The notes: generated by a model not told the origin, from the letters alone. DNA of 64,000 nt from Patescibacteria group bacterium (GCA_041660165.1 JBAZWW010000004.1:14839-78838); one strand, 5' to 3'; shown: positions 38,683 through 47,078, counted from the stretch's first letter. Program-made: numbers and translations.

Positions 38683-40722
38683 TTACACTGCCAAGGTTCT
38701 CGCCTGGAGTTCCTCAGAGTAGACCTCCAGTGTATCACCTACCTCAATCTTGGTCTTGCCCTGGAAAGACAGTCCGCAGTCTTGGCCGGCGAGTACATCT
38801 TTGACGCTCGACTTGCCACTCTGCAAGGCTTCGATCCTGCCCTCGCCCATAATACTGCCATTGCGGAACACGCGGATAACCGCGCCCGGAATAAACTTGC
38901 CCTTCTTCACCTTGGCGCCAATGATGTGGCCCTTCTCCGTCTTCTTAAAGACGGCTAGAACTTCACCCGAACCAAGATCCGTATAAATCTTCTCGGAAGG
39001 AATGAGCTTCTTGAGACGCTCGACCACATTTTCAAAGATGCGATAGATAACCGTGTGGCCTTCAAGATCAACATTTTTTGTTCTAGCGAGGTCAGCCGCA
39101 GTCTGCATCGGTTTAACGTTGAAGCCGTAGATGACGGCTTGTCCCGCCTCGGCCCTCAGCACATCAGCCTCCGTAATATTGCCGAGTCCTTTGCCAACAA
39201 TCTTCACACCAACGTGCGGGTTTTCAATCTTCTCGATCATGCCGATCAACGCTTCGAGTGAACCGAGTACGTCAGCCTTCACCATCACGTTTAAGTACAG
39301 CTTGCCCTCGCTCCCCTCTTTTTCTTCCTTGGGCTTGGCCACCTTGGTACCAAGATCCTCGGCGCTCGTCTTCCGCTTCATGTCCTCACGCACGTCTTCA
39401 AGCTCGTCCGGATTTTCGGGTACTTCGAGAATGTCTCCTACGGCTGGAGCGATTTTGAAACCAAGAATCTTCACCGGCGTAGATGGCGGGGCTTCTTTGA
39501 TGAGCTTGCCGTCATAAGCGGTGAGTGCTCGAACTTTTCCATACAGATATCCGCCAACAGACAAGATGTCGCCTGCATGCAACGTTCCGGTTTGGACGAT
39601 GATAGTTGCAACAGGTCCTTGGCCCTTGTCTACGCGGGATTCAATGATCGTACCGAGCGCTTTGCGGGTCGGGTTCGCTACAATGTTGTCCTTTTCCATG
39701 TCAGCCACAAGCAACAGAACGTCAAGCAACTGATCAATATGCAAATTCTTTTTGGCCGAGATAGGAACACAGATCGTCTTCCCGCCCCAATCTTCTGGCA
39801 CGAGTCCAGCCTCTGACAGCTGACTCTTCACGAGTTCAAGGTTGGCATTCTCTTTGTCGATTTTGTTAATCGCAACCACGAATGGCAAGTGCGAAGCCTT
39901 GATGATGTCAATCGCTTCCTTGGTCTGCGGTTGTACACCATCGTCTGCAGCTACGACGAGAATGGCGATGTCGGCAACTTTCGCACCGCGGGAACGCATG
40001 ACCGTAAACGCTTCGTGACCTGGAGTGTCGATAAATGTAAGCAAACGATCATTACGCACCACCTGGTACGCGCCAATATGCTGAGTGATACCGCCAGCTT
40101 CGCCTGCTACCACGTTCGCCTTTCTGATAACGTCGAGCAACGAGGTTTTGCCGTGGTCAACATGGCCCATGATAACGATGACTGGTGGGCGAGCAACAAT
40201 GTTCGGATCCGTTACCCCGCTCGCATCAGGTCCGCCATGTTCAGAGCCCTTCGCCTGGGCGAGTCTATCCTCACCGGCGCCCAAAATAACTTCTGTTCTT
40301 GCTTCTGCTGGTTCGGCAATGAATCCAAGATCCTCAGCAATAATTGAAGCGGACTCATAATCAATCGGTTCATTGAGCGAGGCCAAAATACCGGCGCGCA
40401 TCAGTTCCTGCATTACTTTCTGAACTGGCAGGTTGAGTAGAGTCGAAAATTCTCGAACAGTAATTTTGCTCGGCACTTTTACATGCTCTGCAGTACCAGA
40501 AGCCACCTGAGATTTTCTCTCAGCGCGGGCTTTCTGATCTTCCATTTTCTTCTGGAGGAACTGGCGCTTTTTCAAATCCTGCCAGGCGTTCAAAATTTTC
40601 CCAACATCACGGTCAGGAATTTTAATAGCCTTTCCGCCAATGTCAAAACCAAGCTCCGGCAGCTTGGAGCGCAATTCCTCTGTAGATACCCGCAACCGGC
40701 GGGCTAGCTCTGAAATGTTCAT
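38683..40722 (-). CDS. infB: translation initiation factor IF-2
   Basis: GTP-binding domain (VIVIMGHVDHGKTSLLD…DTPGHEAF…NKID); 679 aa. Confidence 0.95.
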   Translation of the reverse strand: MNISELARRLRVSTEELRSKLPELGFDIGGKAIKIPDRDVGKILNAWQDLKKRQFLQKKMEDQKARAERKSQVASGTAEHVKVPSKITVREFSTLLNLPVQKVMQELMRAGILASLNEPIDYESASIIAEDLGFIAEPAEARTEVILGAGEDRLAQAKGSEHGGPDASGVTDPNIVARPPVIVIMGHVDHGKTSLLDVIRKANVVAGEAGGITQHIGAYQVVRNDRLLTFIDTPGHEAFTVMRSRGAKVADIAILVVAADDGVQPQTKEAIDIIKASHLPFVVAINKIDKENANLELVKSQLSEAGLVPEDWGGKTICVPISAKKNLHIDQLLDVLLLVADMEKDNIVANPTRKALGTIIESRVDKGQGPVATIIVQTGTLHAGDILSVGGYLYGKVRALTAYDGKLIKEAPPSTPVKILGFKIAPAVGDILEVPENPDELEDVREDMKRKTSAEDLGTKVAKPKEEKEGSEGKLYLNVMVKADVLGSLEALIGMIEKIENPHVGVKIVGKGLGNITEADVLRAEAGQAVIYGFNVKPMQTAADLARTKNVDLEGHTVIYRIFENVVERLKKLIPSEKIYTDLGSGEVLAVFKKTEKGHIIGAKVKKGKFIPGAVIRVFRNGSIMGEGRIEALQSGKSSVKDVLAGQDCGLSFQGKTKIEVGDTLEVYSEELQARTLAV

Positions 40723-40802
40723 GGCAAGAGGATACGGGAAAGTGCCTGTTAAGTCAAAGAACTGGTGTATTTTACCATCCCAACATTGATCCCCATCCTG
40801 AG

Positions 40803-41495
40803 CTAGGCGAAGGATCCGCCTTTCCCGGCAGCAATGGGCCGTATTGGCAATTGAAACTTCCTCAAATCACTCCCAACCAATACTCGTTGCACATCTGTTC
40901 GGCTAATCAATGACTGGGTTGGCCGTACGTCGTTACCGCTCCCGGGAATGCCTGGAATTGAGAACCCGACGTACTCGATCCTTTTCTTCAACCGAAATCG
41001 TACCCAATCAACCATCGGTACAAGGTCTGTGTCCGAACTCACTAGAATAGCCGTATCGTATTTATTATCGACTGCGCCAGCCACTAAATCAACTGCAATC
41101 TTAACATCGATTCCTTTCTCACGGAACGTATGCAAAGTAATCTCATTGATACCTTTACTCAAAATCTGTTGATGATTCTCTACCCGAGAGTCAATCAACA
41201 CCTTTTCCGTCCGCTCCCGAAGCTTACTTGTTTTGATCTGCCAAGCTGTCTGTTTCAAGCGGTTGAATAACTGCACCTGTTTAGCCATGGCTCGCCTACT
41301 TCGTTCGTCACCTTCCCGTTCTCGCACCGTTCCAATGTAGTATCTCTTCCCCTGCTCAGTAACCACCCTACTATCTGCGAGGAAATGAGCGAAGGCGTCA
41401 AAATCAAACCCCGCCGCCTGAATAGCCAATGGTTTGTGAGCGAGATGGTAAAAATTACCGCCATCAATAAAAATCTGTACTCGCTCCGCGTTCAT
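40803..41495 (-). CDS. NYN (LabA-like) ribonuclease-domain protein
   Basis: …VQIFIDGGNFYH…SSDTDLVPMV… NYN signature. Start at the internal Met (MNAERVQIF…). A 38-bp repeat copy (41528-41565) lies just upstream. Confidence 0.7.
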   Translation of the reverse strand: MNAERVQIFIDGGNFYHLAHKPLAIQAAGFDFDAFAHFLADSRVVTEQGKRYYIGTVREREGDERSRRAMAKQVQLFNRLKQTAWQIKTSKLRERTEKVLIDSRVENHQQILSKGINEITLHTFREKGIDVKIAVDLVAGAVDNKYDTAILVSSDTDLVPMVDWVRFRLKKRIEYVGFSIPGIPGSGNDVRPTQSLISRTDVQRVLVGSDLRKFQLPIRPIAAGKGGSFA

Positions 41496-41527
41496 AATGA
41501 GCAAAAAGTACCATAAAAATAAAGTCC

Positions 41528-41565
41528 TGCACACTCCCCGTGAGGGCAGGCGCAGGAGACTTTAT
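41528..41565. repeat. 38-bp repeat copy A flanking the DGR cassette
   Basis: cctgcacactccccgtgagggcaggcgcaggagactt; about 90% identical to 44338-44373 in the same orientation. Confidence 0.6.
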
Positions 41566-41606
41566 GCTCAGAATATACCTCTCTTTTTGACGTTCGTCAA
41601 TGATCG

Positions 41607-42599
41607 TCAACAAGCTAAATTATGAACCGCCTCGGCCAAACCAAACGTATTGCCATGTCCAAGAAGACCCAGATATGAGGCAACTACGCCTTCTTCCGGC
41701 TCAGCTCCGAGCCTCCTCATCATTCTGCGTTTTGTCGAACCCCTTAAGACCCGATGATCCGAAAATTGTACCCACCCTAAGAAATCCACCCCCGAAGCCA
41801 TTGTTCGGAGCTCGATCTTTTGTGGGTGAAGTGTTAACTTCAGTTGGTCGAACAAAAACTGATGAACAAGTGGGAGAACAGATTCGAGATACCCTCGATG
41901 ACGCGACAAAAATACAAAGTCATCCGCGTATCTCACATAATGTCTGATATGCAACTGATGCTTCACGTATTGGTCGAGTTCATTCATGTATACGTTGGCG
42001 AGTATCTGACTGGTCAAATTTCCTAGTGGCAATCCCACTCCTGGCACTCCCGACGGGAAGCTCTCGATAATCTGTTGAATACACCACATGATGCGCCAAT
42101 CGGCTATTCGCCGATCCAATATGAGAAGAAGTGTACGTTGGTCTATAGACGCAAAAAACTTTCTCACATCACACTTCAACACCCAAACGGTTTTTCGATG
42201 ATTCATCGATACTTCTTGTGCCATCCGAGTGAATCGATTATTCGCTCGATGAGTGCCTTTGGCGATCCTGCATGAAAAAGAATCAGCAATAAACGTCCGG
42301 TCAAAAAATGGATACAACTTTCGATACAATGCCCGATGGAAAATACGATCTCGAACAGACGCTTTATGAATCTGCCTTTTCTTTGGATCGTTAATAACAA
42401 AAGCTCTATATGGCTCATGACGATATGACATGTCCACAAGTGAGGCGTGCAAAGCCAGCAGATTGCTCATAAGGTTCCGGGCAAATTCTTGGACGTCCGG
42501 TTTAGAGCGCTTCCCGGGCAAAAATTCTCTCCATGCCACGAGCAAATTCTCGACGGAAATTATGTCTTCGTATTTTTCTTCAAAAATAATTCTGCCCAT
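41607..42599 (-). CDS. diversity-generating retroelement reverse transcriptase
   Basis: 330 aa with RT motifs: YADDFVF (motif C) and, in motif-4 position, LPLGNLTSQ. That is the DGR-specific [ILV]GxxxSQ signature, which replaces the QGxxxSP of group II introns. A DSFSCRIAKGTH block typical of DGR RTs is also present. There is no maturase/endonuclease extension. A TR/VR pair is adjacent. Confidence 0.85.
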   Translation of the reverse strand: MGRIIFEEKYEDIISVENLLVAWREFLPGKRSKPDVQEFARNLMSNLLALHASLVDMSYRHEPYRAFVINDPKKRQIHKASVRDRIFHRALYRKLYPFFDRTFIADSFSCRIAKGTHRANNRFTRMAQEVSMNHRKTVWVLKCDVRKFFASIDQRTLLLILDRRIADWRIMWCIQQIIESFPSGVPGVGLPLGNLTSQILANVYMNELDQYVKHQLHIRHYVRYADDFVFLSRHRGYLESVLPLVHQFLFDQLKLTLHPQKIELRTMASGVDFLGWVQFSDHRVLRGSTKRRMMRRLGAEPEEGVVASYLGLLGHGNTFGLAEAVHNLAC

Positions 42600-43000
42600 A
42601 TGAGATCATTTAACGTCCCCCCCCCCCGAAACTGCTCCCACTACTTGAAGACTTAAAATCTGCATATCTTGTTTGGTTTTTATACTACCAGACCATCCCC
42701 AAAACACACAGGTACACTCTCGGCGGTCGTATCGATGATTTGCTGGTAGACATGATCGAAGCGACTGCCACAGCGGGCTTTCTAGCTAAAGCAGAGAAGC
42801 TTCCGTATGTCCGAGTCTCAATCCGAAAACTAGATACCATAAAAGTGCTTCTCATGGTGCTGTGGGAAACGAAATCACTTAACGACAAGCAATACATCAC
42901 CCTTTCAGAAAAGTTTGAAGCGATTGGCAAAATGCTCGGTGGCTGGCATGGACAGCTCACCAAACAAACAACCCCAGGAAATATCCCGGGGCAGAAATGA
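42600..43000 (+). pseudogene. avd: avd (DGR accessory variability determinant, four-helix-bundle family), interrupted by an 11-C homopolymer
   Basis: The frame ending at TGA 43000 encodes …IPKTHRYTLGGRIDDLLVDMIEATATAG…LSEKFEAIGKMLGGWHGQ. This resembles Avd/23S-rRNA-IVS four-helix-bundle proteins (…SIPRKHG…, …EVGRILGSW…). The only upstream ATG (42600) is out of frame by 1 nt across the C run at 42617-42627. 12 Cs would fuse MRSFNV-PPPP-KLLPLLEDLKSAYL… into a roughly 133-aa Avd. Confidence 0.6.
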
Positions 43001-43004
43001 AACC

Positions 43005-43135
43005 TCTGGCGGAGACCGCAGCCGGGTTGTTGCCGTTCCACTGGTTGCTGAGCCAGTTGTAGTTCACGTACCAGTTCTGGCCATTCCAGTTGAGGTAGTA
43101 GACGTACACCTTGTCGTTCACCGGGTTGCGGAATC
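43005..43135 (-). repeat. DGR template repeat (TR)
   Basis: 131-bp repeat matching 43482-43612. All 23 mismatches fall at plus-strand T, which is minus-strand A, in this copy. This copy is therefore the invariant template. Confidence 0.85.
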
Positions 43136-43372
43136 ACGTGAAGTGCCATCCATAACACCATCCTTTGACTACTCTGAGGATTGAATCGAATTCGTGATAA
43201 TAATCACCTAGCACTCCACGCCAAGTTTTTTCATGTCAAAATCCGGAAAAGCCACGCTATTCCAAGCCGTAACCAGAAATATTCTGGACAAATTCGAATC
43301 AGGTTTGGTAGCCAGAAGTCTTAACCGCCGGCATATTCACCTTACCCGGACAAAGTATAACTCCAAATTGAA

Positions 43373-43405
43373 GAGGAGCTCCACGCAACGTTGCGCAGAG
43401 CTCCT
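43373..43405. promoter_or_regulatory. near-perfect 33-nt palindrome (cruciform-capable hairpin) 3' of the VR
   Basis: gaggagctc-cacgcaacgttgcgcag-gagctcctc, lying about 60-90 nt downstream of the target-gene stop on the coding (minus) strand. Confidence 0.6.
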
Positions 43406-43463
43406 CACGCGAATCCGAAAGTGCAAAGGACTGAGGATCTAAGGGCTAACGTGCCTAAGGATC

Positions 43464-44144
43464 TCAGGTCACAGTGCTGGGACTTGCGGAGACCGCAGCC
43501 GGGTAGCTGCCGTCCCACCGGCCGCTGAGCCAGCCGTAGTACACGCACCAGTGCCGGCCACTCCAGTCGAGGTAGCAGACGCACACCCCGGCGCTCACCG
43601 GGCTGCGGAAGCCCTCGCCCCAGAAGAAGATGGCGCCCGCTGTCTTCCAGCCCTCCGGAATGAAGTCCAGATTCGCCTTGAGCGCATCCAGCTCATTCTT
43701 GGAGGAATGGCCGGGCACGGCCTTCAGCTTCTCGTCCCAGAGGACTTGGCCGTTGATGCCACCATCGGCCAACTGGGCAGGGTCCACGTGGAACGTCATC
43801 GGCACGCCGTTACGGAGCAGAATCCGGTCCTTACCCGTCCCCTGCCAAGTGAAGATCACCGTGCTGGGCTTGACCACGTTCCATGCCCGCTCGGCCGTAT
43901 CGAACGGAAGCTGGGAAGGGACGTCGTTGTAGACCTCGAGCGTGTGCTCGTCGATCCGCTTGAAGCGGAGCGGGGCCGGGGCGGGCTCGGGCGCGTTCGC
44001 CCCCTTGAAGGCGTCAACGCGACGCTTGAGCGCGTCCTTGTCCGCGAGACATTCCTCCGCCTCTTCCATGGACATGCCCGCTTGCGCGAACTTACCCACG
44101 AGAGCAAGGAGCTGGCCAGCCGGGAGCTTCAGAAGGTTCGTCAT
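43464..44144 (-). CDS. DGR target protein (small protein with C-terminal VR in a C-type-lectin-like segment)
   Basis: 226 aa from MTNLLKL… with AAGGATGGG as RBS. The C-terminal W/G/Y-rich segment coincides with the VR. No signal peptide is evident. Confidence 0.75.
   Translation of the reverse strand: MTNLLKLPAGQLLALVGKFAQAGMSMEEAEECLADKDALKRRVDAFKGANAPEPAPAPLRFKRIDEHTLEVYNDVPSQLPFDTAERAWNVVKPSTVIFTWQGTGKDRILLRNGVPMTFHVDPAQLADGGINGQVLWDEKLKAVPGHSSKNELDALKANLDFIPEGWKTAGAIFFWGEGFRSPVSAGVCVCYLDWSGRHWCVYYGWLSGRWDGSYPAAVSASPSTVT
43482..43612 (-). repeat. DGR variable repeat (VR) at the 3' end of the target gene
   Basis: Matches the TR with 23 substitutions, exclusively at TR adenines (minus-strand sense). 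It encodes the C-terminal 45 aa of the target protein (…FFWGEGFRSPVSAGVCVCYLDWSGRHWCVYYGWLSGRWDGSYPAAVSAS). Confidence 0.85.
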
Positions 44145-44337
44145 GTGACTACCCATCCTTTCATAATGCCGTCGGTACACCCTGTATGCGATCTATTCGC
44201 CTACAAGATTTCCCTGTGTTAAAAACGGCTGTTCTTGGCTAATGTTTGGCCAGAAACAGCTATTTTCAACCTAGTCATTATAACAAAAAAATGCACTTTT
44301 GTCAATGTTATAGGGCCATAATACAAAGAGCTCCTAC

Positions 44338-44373
44338 ACACTCCCCGTGTGGGCAGGCGCAGGGGACTTAAAT
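44338..44373. repeat. 38-bp repeat copy B flanking the DGR cassette
   Basis: cctacacactccccgtgtgggcaggcgcaggggactt. Confidence 0.6.
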
Positions 44374-44874
44374 CTATGGATTCGCAAATGTTTTAAGGGA
44401 AACGGTACCTGTATCTGCCCCGCAGGAACCAACCTCGATCATTTCGCCAGAAACGCTCAGGTAATAGCCGGTGCCAAAGAGGCCAAAGAGGGAATGTTTG
44501 GGATCACTCGGCGCGTCTTCGGGTTTATTGAAAATTTCTTCGGGCGGGAGGCAGTCATCCGGAACGGCGTCGTCTGAACAAAACCTGCCCCAAGCGCCGG
44601 CACAGGAAGAGCCGGTGCCGAGGAGAAATTTCGAGCCCGATCTATCGGACAGACGCTTCAATAGCGCGTCATACTTGTCCGGATGCGTGGTAGAAAGCGT
44701 CAGCACTGTCGTCATGATCTTCCGCACATCATCGCTCCGACGCTCATCACGCCGAAGGGCGAGCATCCTGGCCGGGTTTACCGCAAAGGCAATGATGCAC
44801 ACCGCCAGGCCGAGCAAGCCAAAGACAATGACATGATCAAGCCTGGTACCGCGCATGTATTGCCCATGTGGCAT
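44374..44874 (-). CDS. hypothetical membrane-anchored protein
   Basis: One transmembrane helix (…VIVFGLLGLAVCIIAF…). The start is set at the internal Met to avoid overlap with fpg. Confidence 0.4.
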   Translation of the reverse strand: MPHGQYMRGTRLDHVIVFGLLGLAVCIIAFAVNPARMLALRRDERRSDDVRKIMTTVLTLSTTHPDKYDALLKRLSDRSGSKFLLGTGSSCAGAWGRFCSDDAVPDDCLPPEEIFNKPEDAPSDPKHSLFGLFGTGYYLSVSGEMIEVGSCGADTGTVSLKTFANP

Positions 44875-44893
44875 ATGGCACGAATCATACCAT

Positions 44894-45709
44894 TTACCGT
44901 TGGCACGTTGGACAATAATGGGTTCCTCGGCCAACCAGAACAATTTTCTTAATTGGGGTTTTGCATTTCAGGCAGGGCAAATTAGCTCGACCGTAGACCT
45001 TCAACAGAACCGAGAATCCACCTTGAGTACCATTTGTATCCACATAATCGTTTGAAGTAGTGCCGTTTAAGTCAATGGATTTCTGTAAAATCTTTTTCAC
45101 TTCTTTTATGACCTCGGTGCGATTTTTTGCCGTTAAGCTCGAGAGCCTTCTAGTTGGTCGAATCCCTGCCCGATGACAAGCTTCATCCGCATAGATATTT
45201 CCCACGCCCGCAATGCATTCCTGATTTAACAGCGCGGCCTTGATGGTCCTCGACGACGGTGTGCAAAGTCTATCAGCGAGTAGCTCGACGGATGTTTCGA
45301 GTGGCTCAGGTCCGTATTTGCATAAGGCTTCATCGAGGCCCTCGACGGACACGCACTTCAGATAGCCGAAGGTACGGATGTCGGACCAGACGAGGTGCTC
45401 CGCTCCCCCGCTGAATACAAAAAGTATTCGATCATGCTTCTGCCGGACATAATTTTTCGGCACGAACAAAAATTTGCCGGTCATCTTCAAGTGGCCAACA
45501 ATCGCCGTCCCATCGTCAAACTGGAAGACAAGGATTTTCGCTCGCCGGCTCACCTCCTCGATGCGCTTGCCGAGGATGGACTCGATAAACTTCTTCCCCA
45601 TTGGCGTCTCCCTCCCAGATTTCCAGATTTCGACAGCCGAAATAACGCGCCCCTTGAGGCGCTCATTTAACTGGCGCTTGATTGTTTCTACTTCGGGGAG
45701 TTCGGGCAT
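44894..45709 (-). CDS. fpg: formamidopyrimidine-DNA glycosylase
   Basis: N-terminal MPELPEVE catalytic Pro2/Glu3, H2TH region and C-terminal CxxC…CxxC zinc finger (CLKCKTPI…YCPTCQ). Confidence 0.85.
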   Translation of the reverse strand: MPELPEVETIKRQLNERLKGRVISAVEIWKSGRETPMGKKFIESILGKRIEEVSRRAKILVFQFDDGTAIVGHLKMTGKFLFVPKNYVRQKHDRILFVFSGGAEHLVWSDIRTFGYLKCVSVEGLDEALCKYGPEPLETSVELLADRLCTPSSRTIKAALLNQECIAGVGNIYADEACHRAGIRPTRRLSSLTAKNRTEVIKEVKKILQKSIDLNGTTSNDYVDTNGTQGGFSVLLKVYGRANLPCLKCKTPIKKIVLVGRGTHYCPTCQR

Positions 45710-45711
45710 AG

Positions 45712-46260
45712 CTATTTCAGGTGCTCGATCAATATTTTTGTAACCTCTTCTGTCGGTGCCGAACTATCAATCTCTATAAACTTGGCCGTCGAGTACTCTC
45801 GAGCATACTCAGCTGCGGCTTTTTCAGTCTCGTAATAGCGTTTAATCCGATTTTCGATCACCTCGGGGACATCATCGGCTCGCCCGCGCTCGATTAGTCG
45901 TTTCCGAGCGAGTTCATCGGGAATGACCAAATGAATGAAGTGAGTGGGCTGATCGAATTCAAAATAGGTTTTCAAGGACTCAACGGATCTAGGGTAGCCA
46001 TTCACAATATATCCACTGTTCTGAATTTCTGGGGACAGCAGTTTCTCTTTGTAGATGTTCGTCGCCACGCCTTTCGGAATCATTGTTCCAGACTCAACAT
46101 ACGGTTTAACCAGGAGGCCGAGCTCACTGCCTTTAGCGATCTCATCACGCAAAATCTGCCCCGTAGAAAAATGCGGAATGCCCAAAATCCTGGCAAGTGC
46201 TTCACACTGCGTGTCCTTGCCTGCGCCGGGGAGGCCGTAGACGATGATTTTGTAAGGCAT
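45712..46260 (-). CDS. adk: adenylate kinase-like nucleoside monophosphate kinase (short form)
   Basis: P-loop GLPGAGKDTQ and …GYIVNGYPRS… with a short LID. Start at the internal Met (MPYKIIVYG). Confidence 0.75.
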   Translation of the reverse strand: MPYKIIVYGLPGAGKDTQCEALARILGIPHFSTGQILRDEIAKGSELGLLVKPYVESGTMIPKGVATNIYKEKLLSPEIQNSGYIVNGYPRSVESLKTYFEFDQPTHFIHLVIPDELARKRLIERGRADDVPEVIENRIKRYYETEKAAAEYAREYSTAKFIEIDSSAPTEEVTKILIEHLK

Positions 46261-46360
46261 ATGATCGTTTTGTACTGTACGACAATAGTAGACTATGATC
46301 CAATGCGCCACCTCTAGACCCTTCCTAACGTCAGGGTCTAATCCTCACGTCGGGGTGGGA

Positions 46361-46410
46361 CGGCCAATCAGATCCCTCGGCCGTCGGACGGCCTCGGGAT
46401 GACAATGCCA
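46361..46410. repeat. intergenic structured repeat (ccaatcagatccc / ggccgtcggacggcc / tcgggatgaca), copy 1, upstream of truB
   Basis: Shares three blocks with 48700-48790; contains the palindrome GGCCGTCGGACGGCC. Confidence 0.55.
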
Positions 46411-46412
46411 AT

Positions 46413-47078
46413 ATGCCTTTCCTATTGATCGACAAACCCGCGGGGATCACGTCACATGATGTGGTCGACAAAGTTCGCAAAATTACCGGCGAGAGAACTG
46501 TGGGCCATGCTGGGACGCTTGACCCGTTTGCCACGGGGTTGCTTATTGTTGGGGTGGGACGGGACTCAACCAAACAATTATCAACGTACTTGGGGATGGA
46601 TAAGGAGTATGAGGCCACGTTTGTGATCGGAGCAACCACCGAGACGTTGGATCCGGAAGCGCCCGTCGTGGTCGCGCCAAGGGTCGATACATGGATCGAC
46701 CCCTACGGCGAGATTCGTTCCGCCATGAAAAAATTGACCGGTGAAATCTCCCAAATCCCCCCGATGCATTCGGCCATTAAGGTTGGCGGGAAGAAATTGT
46801 ACGAACTCGCCAGAAAAGGCCAAACAATCGAAGTTGCCCCAAGAAATCTCACCGTTCACTCATTCGAATTACTCGAAAATCCGGATTTCTCTACCTGGCC
46901 AATCACCTTGAAGGTCAGAATCGCCTGCTCCTCCGGCACGTACATTCGAGCGCTTGCTAGAGACCTTGGCGTTCTTTTGGGCACAACGGGCTACGTTTCC
47001 AGTCTACGCCGGACCAAAATCGGCGAATATTCCGTAGCTTCTGCAAAAACCCTTGAAACCCTTTCTAACCCTTTATAA
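46413..47078 (+). CDS. truB: tRNA pseudouridine(55) synthase
   Basis: …GHAGTLDPFATGLL… catalytic Asp motif; 221 aa; contains a copy of the 31-nt palindromic element (46681-46711). Confidence 0.9.
   Translation: MPFLLIDKPAGITSHDVVDKVRKITGERTVGHAGTLDPFATGLLIVGVGRDSTKQLSTYLGMDKEYEATFVIGATTETLDPEAPVVVAPRVDTWIDPYGEIRSAMKKLTGEISQIPPMHSAIKVGGKKLYELARKGQTIEVAPRNLTVHSFELLENPDFSTWPITLKVRIACSSGTYIRALARDLGVLLGTTGYVSSLRRTKIGEYSVASAKTLETLSNPL
46681..46711. repeat. 31-nt palindromic element, truB copy (in-frame, opposite orientation relative to the gene)
   Basis: aGGGTCGATACATGGATCGACCCCTACGGCG; it encodes RVDTWIDPYGE within TruB. Confidence 0.7.

Noticed and set aside
42685-43161. 158-aa minus-strand ORF between RT and target
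   Set aside because: Its N-terminal half is simply the template repeat translated in the VR frame. The rest has no protein-like features. The Avd-like signal is on the opposite strand.
43233-43442. 69-aa basic ORF in the VR-TR spacer
   Set aside because: Short, with no RBS and no similarity to known proteins. The region is more plausibly non-coding and contains the cruciform element.
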